64,000 nucleotides of DNA from an uncultured Planctomycetia bacterium. GTDB lineage: Bacteria; Omnitrophota; Gorgyraeia; JABMRG01. Under the pieces are notes generated by a model. That model was not told where the DNA came from. It worked only from the letters and a program-made list of their open reading frames with translations, and did no database searches. A program made the position numbers and the translations under genes. The DNA lies in NCBI GenBank assembly GCA_964634945.1, contig CAZWMG010000009.1:1954-65953 (forward strand), given 5' to 3'. Of this stretch, positions 56,295 to 64,000 are shown in pieces (the stretch's first letter is position 1; every line of letters begins with the position of its first letter).

Positions 56295-56990
56295 TTATTG
56301 TACTCTGTATGTGAGAATAAGAGGCTGTGAATTTCTTAATATCTTTACTTCCAACTGATCCTTGCCTTTTAGCTTCCTATACGTGTTAAAGATCTGGTAT
56401 GGGCTATTCAGTGTAAGCCCGTTGACAGTCTCTATAATATCGCCCTGTTTAATCCCTATCTCTTTTAAGATACCATTTTCATTTAACTTTGTTATCGCTA
56501 TTCCGAGTTTTTTGCCATTGGCTGAATAGGGCCCTATCTTTACATCCCTCATAATATCACGAACCCTGGATATTGCGCCTGAGATAGTCTCTCTATCTGT
56601 GGTAATAGTATTGCCTTGCCTTACCACATTATACCATTTCTCATCATTAATCATGCCTGTAGCAGGTTGAGATACCCCGCCACCGGGCAACGTGAGCGTA
56701 AATTCCCCATCTGAAGAATTGAGTATGATCTCCCCTCTTTTTATCCGTACTATTTTAAACCCATCAACATCATCACCTAACTCATACATAACAATCTGTC
56801 CGCTCCTAGCATCCTCTATTATCGCCAAAGGGTTCAGGCTCTGGGTAAAGAGCGTGCCTTTGAGCGTAAGGCCTTGCGAAGAAGTACTACTTAAAGAACC
56901 TGCGACGTTACCCTGTCCTGCTTCAAGCGTAGCAAGTTGCGTTGTGACGCTTATCGCGATTATAAATATAACTTTCGATAGTCTGTTCAT
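56295..56990 (-). CDS. GspC/PilP-like protein with C-terminal PDZ domain
   Basis: N-terminal anchor and signal, an HR-like beta-sandwich (LKGTLFTQSLNPLAIIEDARSGQIVMYELGDDVDGFKIVRIKRGEIIL), then a PDZ domain (GIAITKLNENGILKEIGIKQGDIIETVNGLTLNSP). Confidence 0.6.
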   Translation of the reverse strand: MNRLSKVIFIIAISVTTQLATLEAGQGNVAGSLSSTSSQGLTLKGTLFTQSLNPLAIIEDARSGQIVMYELGDDVDGFKIVRIKRGEIILNSSDGEFTLTLPGGGVSQPATGMINDEKWYNVVRQGNTITTDRETISGAISRVRDIMRDVKIGPYSANGKKLGIAITKLNENGILKEIGIKQGDIIETVNGLTLNSPYQIFNTYRKLKGKDQLEVKILRNSQPLILTYRVQ

Positions 56991-56992
56991 CT

Positions 56993-59900
56993 CTATACTC
57001 GTTTCTTGGCGAGGGCTACAAGTGGTTTTAATAAAAACCGCGTTATCCTCTTTAGCGCAGGCCTGTTGCTAATAAAATTAGCTATAGGCGGACTATACCT
57101 GTAATAGCTCCATACAAACTCTCTTCCTAATGAGTTTCTCATCAGGTATTTGTCTCTGAATTGTCTTAAAGCGATAACATCGCCAGCCATAGGCGTACCA
57201 TAAGCCGCTGTAGCTATAAAACAGTAGCTTGCTGTAGAAGAGCCGTCACTTGAGGCGTTTCCCGCTCCTCCGGCTGCAGCGGCAGCGGCAGCGGCGCCCC
57301 ATCCAAATATTGTAAGGTGATTGACTGTAGCGGATACGTAATTTTCATTTGGATGAACTACAGAGTCATAAAGCACTTCCCACAGCCCTGTGCTATCATT
57401 GAACCATCTAAGCTTTAAGTCATTCTCATTTATATTTGTGCCATCTACTATCCCATTATTATCCGCATCAGGATATGATATAGATAGGGTAATATCTTTT
57501 AGAAATGTGTTAACACCTGTTATATTAATATCGATAGTGCCACCTGCTCCGGAGACCATAACCTCCTCTATTGTAACATCCGGCATAGTACCATCGTCAG
57601 GTAGGGCCCCCTGTGGTATCTCTATTCTCGTACCATCCGGGAGAACTATTGTATTAGACTGCGCCGGATCAATAATCTGCTTCTTTACATAACTACCATT
57701 ACTATTTTCATAGATATCCGGATTTAAAGCGTTATTATCAACAATCAGAGAGATAACCTTAAATGATGTCAGATCTAATCCATTTACAGCTGCCCTGACT
57801 TGATAAGCCTGCCCATTAATAAGGGTTGTAGTGTCCCATGTTGTGGTATATGACATAACAGGGGTACCTTTACCAATATCTGTCCATAGAAGGTCTCCCA
57901 GCTTCCTATACTGGAACATAACCTCGGTCACGCCCGGATTATCCGGGTAGACCTCAGATACGAGTGAGATTGAATTTCCGGCTACAGTATCCCCTTCTTT
58001 AGGTATCTTTATATAACTTGAGTAAAACCCGATTGGATATTTTGAGAATACAGGTATATAAAAAGTATCCACAAGTCCGTTTGTGTTTGTTATTCTTAGC
58101 ATAGCGACACAAAACCCGGGGAACTGATAATTATATATCGGCGTATCCGATGATTTTGTTGTAGTATAATCTATATTCTTATCACCATCAAAATCCCATT
58201 CGTATTTCGCTATCGTGCCTGTGCTCAGAGAATGGTTAAAGACGGCCTGCACTGGAGATGTCGCGTCTATCGAAATAGCGTTAACTGTCGTATCGTAAGA
58301 TACAGTTGCCTGTGCCCTAAGAGTAGGTTCACTACCTGAAATTATGATCAATGCGCTATTGGATGAAGAAAGATTTGCTTCTGTATGCGCTTTTAGAGTA
58401 GCCCTGTAAACACCCGGCGCTCCATATACATGCGTCACATCCGCAAAACCCGTCCAACTAGGATTCTCTATTGAACTCGACCAGTCATTTATTCCATCTC
58501 CTTCAAAATCCCATTCCAGTTTTTTAGCGTATCCATAGCTATTGCCGCCTGCCGGCATGCCATATCCACCCAAAGAGACAGGAGCGCCTGTTGCACCTTG
58601 GATTATATAGCTATTCAAAAATACTTCCGGCCTGTAAACAGATCCATCCCATTTAGTAGCGTTAGCCATTACACTCATCTCTGCCACATCTGATAAACCC
58701 TGTGAATCTGTTACCCTGATCCCGCCGGTAAATATCCTTGATATTGTCTCATTGTATGTCCTTGTTATATCCGCGGATTTAGATGATGATATATCATACT
58801 CTCCATCGCCTGTTGTATCCCATTGGTATCTGACAATCTCAGCAGAGCCTGAAGCAGTAGCCTTAAGCTCCTTAAGAGATGGTATTATAATTTCATTTGC
58901 GATAGGATACGGAAGTAGGCCTCCTGCAAGCTGTGCTATAGGCGACAATGCGCTACCTAAGACATTAACTGTTACCGTAGAAATATCTATATTCCCCAAG
59001 CTATTCGTAGCGCGCATCCTGACATTATAGGCCCCTGCCGCTGTATATTTGTAGCTTACGACGCTTCCCTCTGAGGCATAGTGCCATCTGTCATAAGTAC
59101 CGTTTCCATCAAAATCCCATTCATACTTTACAACATCAGTGCTTACCACAGTAGATGAGAAAGTAACATCAAGAGGCAACTGCCCGCTTGATGGCAAGGC
59201 TGATAGCGCGATACCAATAGTATTATCAAATATATTTACACCGCTTACAGTTAACTTATAATCCTCGAGGCTTGTAAGGCCATTAGTGCCCACCTCATAG
59301 GCATTATACGGGTCATAAGGATCCGCGTCATAATTATCAGGTATGCCGTCATAATCACTATCTCCACTCGGTGGCGTTATGGGCCCTACATTAGGAATGC
59401 CCTTTCCTCCGTCATCAAGATACGGAATATAGCCTGTTTTCGCAAATACAAAATAGACTGAGGCAAGAGCAGCTTCACAATTATATGTATCAAATCCCGT
59501 TCCGGTTGGTACATTACCTGCCACACTCTTATCAAGATATGAGGCATATGGCGCGATATATGATGCTGGGTCATCACTCGGAACTTTAAAGAAGTTTTCA
59601 AGACTGGCAACTAGGGTATTGTACCTATCCAGATAATACGCGGCCTTAGTGTCATTGCCTGAGTCATGATATAACTGCGCAGCCCTTAAATAAGCAAGTG
59701 CCATCTGTGAAGATATCTCAACAGACCCATAATTTCCAGTCTGTGAAATAGAGAACCTGAAAAATATTGGCTTACCAGCAATGTTAAAAAACGCGGTTTT
59801 TGACTCTATCACAGAAAACATCTGATCAAGCTCTTGCTCTCTTAAGGCTTGTGTACCGCCAAAAAACGCGTCATCAAAGATCATATCCAATGGCGCCAGA

Positions 59901-60898
59901 GCCATTACATCGGTTGCGATATAATTAAAGTCTGTCTTTACCCATGCGCCGCCAACATAACTTGCCGCTGAATGGAAAAGATGGACACTAGGATCATACA
60001 TGCTCTTAAGCCATGTTTTTATACTATCAGCTGCCTGCTGGTATACTATATCACCTGTCATCTTATACAATGCTTCAAAGGCATAAAGGGCACGCTCATT
60101 CTGTTCTGTTGATTTAAGATGCCAGAAGAAATAATCACCTGTAGGGTGTGGCATGCCTATGGGGCCATAACGCAAGCCCCCGTCTGTGTCCTGCAATTTA
60201 AACATATACTCGCCTAAGAGGATAGAGAAATCCTTATACGCTTGATTCTGGGTCTTGCTATAGGCCTCAGCCGCGTACATAATAAGCACAGATGCGGCAC
60301 CAGTATCAACAGACCAATCCCAGATCTTCCACCAATCTATTACATCCCTGTTTAATATCCTTACTATCCTGTAAGGGCCGTATAATATCTGATTCCCGCT
60401 TGCGTCTGTATAACCATCGCTACATTTTAAAAGCGGATTATTCACATCTAAGCGCTGATAATAATAATTTATATAGGTATCTAGTATCGTTGTCACGCCA
60501 TTAAATAATGATATCCTTCCAAGAAGCGCCTGATCATAAGCTGAAGCTCCGGAGGTCATTAAATCCACATCACCAGCGGTTCCTCCGCCTAAATACTTCT
60601 GAAAACTTCTTGTAAGGCCATTGAAGGCATAATCTGTCTGCAGGGTATTATCCAATGCCCTGTCTAAGAAATATTTTACATATGGCACAGCTGAGTTATA
60701 AAAAATCGGCTTAGGGGGATATGGCAAGCTACTTCCACCACCTATGGTAACTGATGCTGAAAAGTTCTTCTTCGCCAAAGAGTCAAACGCGGCAAATGAT
60801 AAAGGAACATCAAGAAGGCAGACCGCGACAACAAGTAAAACGCTTACGCATTTTAGTTTTAGTCCGCTCAATATATTTCTCTTTATCATAAGATCCAT
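56993..60898 (-). CDS. Giant secreted multidomain protein (1301 aa): N-terminal alpha/alpha-toroid-like region, at least four PKD domains, a beta-sandwich region, an Ala/Gly linker and a conserved Cys-containing C-terminal tail
   Basis: Signal peptide. PKD signatures YEWDFDGNGTYD, YQWDTTGDGEYD, LEWDFEGDGIND, YEWDFDGDKNID. It ends ...GWGAAAAAAAAGGAGNASSDGSSTASYCFIATAAYGTPMAGDVIALRQFRDKYLMRN...KPLVALAKKRV. Confidence 0.65.
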   Translation of the reverse strand: MDLMIKRNILSGLKLKCVSVLLVVAVCLLDVPLSFAAFDSLAKKNFSASVTIGGGSSLPYPPKPIFYNSAVPYVKYFLDRALDNTLQTDYAFNGLTRSFQKYLGGGTAGDVDLMTSGASAYDQALLGRISLFNGVTTILDTYINYYYQRLDVNNPLLKCSDGYTDASGNQILYGPYRIVRILNRDVIDWWKIWDWSVDTGAASVLIMYAAEAYSKTQNQAYKDFSILLGEYMFKLQDTDGGLRYGPIGMPHPTGDYFFWHLKSTEQNERALYAFEALYKMTGDIVYQQAADSIKTWLKSMYDPSVHLFHSAASYVGGAWVKTDFNYIATDVMALAPLDMIFDDAFFGGTQALREQELDQMFSVIESKTAFFNIAGKPIFFRFSISQTGNYGSVEISSQMALAYLRAAQLYHDSGNDTKAAYYLDRYNTLVASLENFFKVPSDDPASYIAPYASYLDKSVAGNVPTGTGFDTYNCEAALASVYFVFAKTGYIPYLDDGGKGIPNVGPITPPSGDSDYDGIPDNYDADPYDPYNAYEVGTNGLTSLEDYKLTVSGVNIFDNTIGIALSALPSSGQLPLDVTFSSTVVSTDVVKYEWDFDGNGTYDRWHYASEGSVVSYKYTAAGAYNVRMRATNSLGNIDISTVTVNVLGSALSPIAQLAGGLLPYPIANEIIIPSLKELKATASGSAEIVRYQWDTTGDGEYDISSSKSADITRTYNETISRIFTGGIRVTDSQGLSDVAEMSVMANATKWDGSVYRPEVFLNSYIIQGATGAPVSLGGYGMPAGGNSYGYAKKLEWDFEGDGINDWSSSIENPSWTGFADVTHVYGAPGVYRATLKAHTEANLSSSNSALIIISGSEPTLRAQATVSYDTTVNAISIDATSPVQAVFNHSLSTGTIAKYEWDFDGDKNIDYTTTKSSDTPIYNYQFPGFCVAMLRITNTNGLVDTFYIPVFSKYPIGFYSSYIKIPKEGDTVAGNSISLVSEVYPDNPGVTEVMFQYRKLGDLLWTDIGKGTPVMSYTTTWDTTTLINGQAYQVRAAVNGLDLTSFKVISLIVDNNALNPDIYENSNGSYVKKQIIDPAQSNTIVLPDGTRIEIPQGALPDDGTMPDVTIEEVMVSGAGGTIDINITGVNTFLKDITLSISYPDADNNGIVDGTNINENDLKLRWFNDSTGLWEVLYDSVVHPNENYVSATVNHLTIFGWGAAAAAAAAGGAGNASSDGSSTASYCFIATAAYGTPMAGDVIALRQFRDKYLMRNSLGREFVWSYYRYSPPIANFISNRPALKRITRFLLKPLVALAKKRV

Positions 60899-60899
60899 A

Positions 60900-61694
60900 T
60901 TAGTTACCTACCTTTGCAGATCGCACCATCTCTATAGTATTGCCTGAGACACTGAAAAGGGCTTGCTTACTTATTTTTCCTATCTTATCTTCATAATCTA
61001 ACACTACTGTCGCGGTATACGTGCCGTCTCTTAAAAACGGATTGCGCCACCCAAGCCTATAAGTATGTTTCTTGCCGCGCAACACTATATTTGGCCTAAC
61101 AAGAGACATCTCTTTTAATATCTTACCTTCGCTATTCTTTATAGAGGCCTTTACATCAGGGACTATATGCACATTACCTATATTTTCTATATCTACTATA
61201 ATATTAAGATCATATACATTATTATCATTCTTAGTATAAGTACATTCTATATTATCTATGACAAGGCCATAATCTTCTGTTCCTTTAACTATCATATATA
61301 ATGGTACACCGTTTCTAATATTGAGCTGTGATTCACTGGTATCCTTATAACATAAAAAGAGCATTGCTACCATCTCACCAACAGCATCCTCAGGCGCGGA
61401 GACTTCAACAACTATTGGGCTGGACTCTCCTGCTCTTACATAGACATTATCATTTTCTAGATCCAGCCAGGTATATGGGTCTTTAGAGCCTGACCACGCC
61501 TCAGGGGCTATTGTAATACTTACGTCTTTACTACCGGTATTATGGACCTGATATTTAACTGCTCTATCTTCCCCCGGTAAAAGAGATACAATATGCCTAT
61601 CCGGCTCAACACTGATGCCAGCGCTTACCTCAGATATAGGCATCTGAATTATAGCGAAAATCACAATTATCATTAAATATTTAATTATCTTCAT
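60900..61694 (-). CDS. Secreted protein (264 aa), function unknown
   Basis: Signal peptide MKIIKYLMIIVIFAIIQMPISEVSA followed by a beta-rich sequence. It sits 1 nt downstream of the next gene's stop, so it is operon-like. Confidence 0.55.
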   Translation of the reverse strand: MKIIKYLMIIVIFAIIQMPISEVSAGISVEPDRHIVSLLPGEDRAVKYQVHNTGSKDVSITIAPEAWSGSKDPYTWLDLENDNVYVRAGESSPIVVEVSAPEDAVGEMVAMLFLCYKDTSESQLNIRNGVPLYMIVKGTEDYGLVIDNIECTYTKNDNNVYDLNIIVDIENIGNVHIVPDVKASIKNSEGKILKEMSLVRPNIVLRGKKHTYRLGWRNPFLRDGTYTATVVLDYEDKIGKISKQALFSVSGNTIEMVRSAKVGN

Positions 61695-61705
61695 ATTTTT
61701 CCAGA

Positions 61706-63001
61706 TTAATATCTATCAAACCTTATATCATCCAAATAAATATTGCATCCATCAGGAGCAGGATCATGGTCCTCTGCAAATACTATTGTAACTCCACCTG
61801 TTACATCAGACATATTCCTTCCCAAGACCGGTATCACATATTCCTGCCAGGTAGTGGTTAAAGCAGGCGTACGCCACAAAGGCGGGGTCTGCCCGCAGGA
61901 ATCCCAGTTATTACCAAAATATGTCTTTATCTGCATACCTGAATTGCTTGAATCTGTTCTTGCCCAAAAACTTAGGTAATTAGCCCCTCTTAGATCATAG
62001 CCATTATGTGTAGAGCTGTTTCCGTTTACGTCCCAAATATTAGAGGGCTCAAGCCACATTATGCCGCCCCATTTCCATCCATCGCTTCCACCATTACCAT
62101 TCCATGCGATTTTAAAAGAATGTGTTCCTGAATGGGGTGCTACATCTTTGCATTTTGGATCCACACTGATTTGTCCGGCATAATTTATCCATCCTGAAGG
62201 AGCAAAGTGATTCTCTAGAGTAGCCCCGGGCTCGGTAGGATACTCTGTCTTTGGCGCGTCTTTGTAAAGATACATTGGAAATGGCGACAACCCCTTAAAC
62301 GCCTCTATAGTTAGAGTAGATGTGTCGTACTCCGCGCCAACGGAAGACATAGTAAAATTGGCAGCTAGATATATATAAGCCCTTTTAGGATTACCGCTTC
62401 TTCCCCCTTCGTTCCAGGCTATACCTGCCTGGCTCCATAAGGTTACATACTCCTCACCATTAACAAAGGCCTCATCCCCCGGAGCGGCGGGATCATCAGG
62501 GGTGTTTTTATCTTTAATAAAGTGCCACAGATAATCATCAAAACCTAATCCATCAGAGCGCGGCACAGGATTAGATGGGTTACTAATTACAGCATCTGTA
62601 ATCCGCCAGGCAACAGGAAGTGCCATTATTGTATTATTAACACTTATCAATCCCGCGGGATCGGCTGTACCTGTATATCTAGGAATAGCAGAAGCGGATT
62701 TATTATTTGTATAGAATTGCATACCCCAAGTCTCCGGGAGATTGCTATGAGAAATCTCTATATATTGGTTAGCTACCTTCCAACTTGTTACGCCCGCTGA
62801 GACGCTACTCCAGGTGATAATACCACCCGGTGCAAGCTGGTTATCACTGACATTTCTTACAACTACATTAACCGTGCCGCTTCCCGCGTTTATTACAGAA
62901 AGAGCCGCAGTATCAGCCATACAATTTTGAGCAGCTGATAGAAATATCGCTATAGCTAACAAATATATAATCTTCTTAAGATTTCCACAAATCAGATACA
63001 T
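61706..63001 (-). CDS. Secreted protein (431 aa), paralogous in its N-terminal about 200 aa to the 63130-63897 product
   Basis: Signal LAIAIFLSAAQNCMA. Shared motifs with the neighbour are W...A.QYI(E/A), WG(M/I)Q(F/I)YTNN, PAGLI and LP..WR. It has an extra C-terminal domain. Confidence 0.6.
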   Translation of the reverse strand: MYLICGNLKKIIYLLAIAIFLSAAQNCMADTAALSVINAGSGTVNVVVRNVSDNQLAPGGIITWSSVSAGVTSWKVANQYIEISHSNLPETWGMQFYTNNKSASAIPRYTGTADPAGLISVNNTIMALPVAWRITDAVISNPSNPVPRSDGLGFDDYLWHFIKDKNTPDDPAAPGDEAFVNGEEYVTLWSQAGIAWNEGGRSGNPKRAYIYLAANFTMSSVGAEYDTSTLTIEAFKGLSPFPMYLYKDAPKTEYPTEPGATLENHFAPSGWINYAGQISVDPKCKDVAPHSGTHSFKIAWNGNGGSDGWKWGGIMWLEPSNIWDVNGNSSTHNGYDLRGANYLSFWARTDSSNSGMQIKTYFGNNWDSCGQTPPLWRTPALTTTWQEYVIPVLGRNMSDVTGGVTIVFAEDHDPAPDGCNIYLDDIRFDRY

Positions 63002-63129
63002 AATATTTTCTCTTTTTAGTTTTCTTCTTTATTCTATATTTAATATTTCATAATATATAAGAATCCTGGCCCTGCCATGGTCCTGGCTGACATAAGAATA
63101 TCAGACAGGACCAGGAAAAATCTTATATA

Positions 63130-63897
63130 TTATAAACGGTACATCTCCACTGTTAAGCTATTGACATCTGTAGCATAAGTTACGCCGGGCATTGCCAATG
63201 TAAAGCTTGCGCCAAGATAGACATAGTAAGTCGTATCAGTAGCAAATGGTGTCGCGTAATTCACAGCACCGGGTGCATGATGATATCCAGCTGAACCTAT
63301 AAAGGTTGCTTCTGCCTGATAGTCACCAAACGGCTGTGTACCTGCTGTTGAAGTATCAACATCACCGTTCTTATCCAACATGAAAAACCATGGATAATAA
63401 TCAATTGCCGGTGTTGTACCATCAGCAAGAACCCAGTATCCACTTACCATTTTTTGGATTATACCAAGTTCAACGCTACCTGCAGCAAGCTTAGCTGTCT
63501 TTGTTCTCCAGCACATAGGAAGGCTGTAAAGCGGATTTGACTGATTGATCAATCCGGCAGGACTGCCTGTACCTGTATAACTGGTGTTATTGGTATATAT
63601 CTGTATACCCCAGTCAGTATAGGTCGCGAAACCCTCAACTGCGATATACTGATCCGCCGCTAACCAGCTTGTAGTGCCTGATGAAACCCCTGTCCATGTC
63701 GCGGAAGTAGCTGCTGTATCATTCGAGATATTCTTCATAGCAGCACTAAACGGGACTGTTACAGACGGAACTCCACCTACAACACCGCTGTTTGCTGTAT
63801 ACCGCTCGTTACCAATAGACTGAAAAGCCGCGAACGACAAACTGCTTGTGGAGATTACCATCGTAATCGCTATAACGATAGATAATGCTCTTTTCAT
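63130..63897 (-). CDS. Secreted protein (about 255 aa), paralog of the 61706-63001 N-terminal domain
   Basis: Start is chosen at MKRALSIVIAITMVISTSSLSFA, with RBS AGGAAAGGAGG about 7 nt upstream; the track start at 63957 lacks an RBS. It shares the N-terminal-domain motifs listed for the neighbour. Confidence 0.6.
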   Translation of the reverse strand: MKRALSIVIAITMVISTSSLSFAAFQSIGNERYTANSGVVGGVPSVTVPFSAAMKNISNDTAATSATWTGVSSGTTSWLAADQYIAVEGFATYTDWGIQIYTNNTSYTGTGSPAGLINQSNPLYSLPMCWRTKTAKLAAGSVELGIIQKMVSGYWVLADGTTPAIDYYPWFFMLDKNGDVDTSTAGTQPFGDYQAEATFIGSAGYHHAPGAVNYATPFATDTTYYVYLGASFTLAMPGVTYATDVNSLTVEMYRL

Positions 63898-64000
63898 TTT
63901 TCTTGCCTCCTTTCCTCTAGATTTTTCTAATAAACTTTTTAATACTTTACACATCATATTTCCTCCCTTTACTTTTTTGTTTTATCTATATAAAATTATA

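Overview
This 64-kb window comes from a Gram-negative (diderm) bacterium of roughly 40% GC. All but two protein genes (bioY, rpsT) lie on the minus strand. No rRNA, CRISPR array, transposase or integrase was found. Every assignment below rests on my own reading of the translated ORFs and of the nucleotide sequence, with no database searches.

Recognisable content, by coordinate:
(i) 1-4.6 kb: bioY, a small single-cluster 4Fe-4S ferredoxin absent from the ORF track, a TlpA/CcdA thiol-disulfide pair, and a trehalose glycosyltransferring synthase (TreT) homologue with an unknown partner.
(ii) 5-17.4 kb: a type IV pilus / T2SS-like cluster. It contains pilP, pilO, a pilM-pilN fusion, a YfhO-family GT-C membrane protein immediately downstream of the major pilin gene, a GspG-like pseudopilin, pilC, two minor pseudopilins, a PilX-like gene and pilB. 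No secretin or prepilin peptidase is in the window.
(iii) 17.4-29.8 kb: a dense signalling island. It holds four PAS/GAF sensor kinases, four single-domain receiver proteins and one HTH-receiver protein, interleaved with trxB, a radical-SAM protein and a LysE-type exporter.
(iv) 29.9-47.6 kb: housekeeping genes. These are an MFS sugar porter, a tRNA-His/Arg/Pro cluster, lnt, secA, prfB (with its programmed +1 frameshift intact), a short MGMT-domain protein, uvrC, murJ, rpsT, holA, lptE, a BamD-like gene, a PilZ gene, comEC, comEA and a polysaccharide deacetylase.
(v) 47.8-64 kb: eight consecutive genes for signal-peptide-bearing proteins with little or no recognisable enzymatic content. Three are giant: 851 aa, 1341 aa (TPR + proline-rich repeats + a ~900-aa C-terminal beta-barrel-like domain ending in YRF) and 1301 aa (four PKD domains, then an Ala/Gly linker and a Cys-containing C-terminal tail). 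They sit with a GspC/PilP-like PDZ protein and two paralogous secreted proteins, and are bracketed by near-identical 50-bp palindromes.

Most worth a second look:
- The 47.8-64 kb surface/export locus, my candidate for an undescribed system.
- An in-frame 138-nt repeat-element insertion inside lnt.
- Several families of short intergenic repeats: a 79-bp element, 9-mer TTTGTAAC arrays, GGA-containing 'catccagtatct' repeats directly after stop codons, and a 'ggggacactcc' palindromic terminator family.
- The YfhO-like glycosyltransferase placed like a pilin glycosylase.
- Paralogous Cys-motif PAS sensor kinases co-transcribed with trxB.
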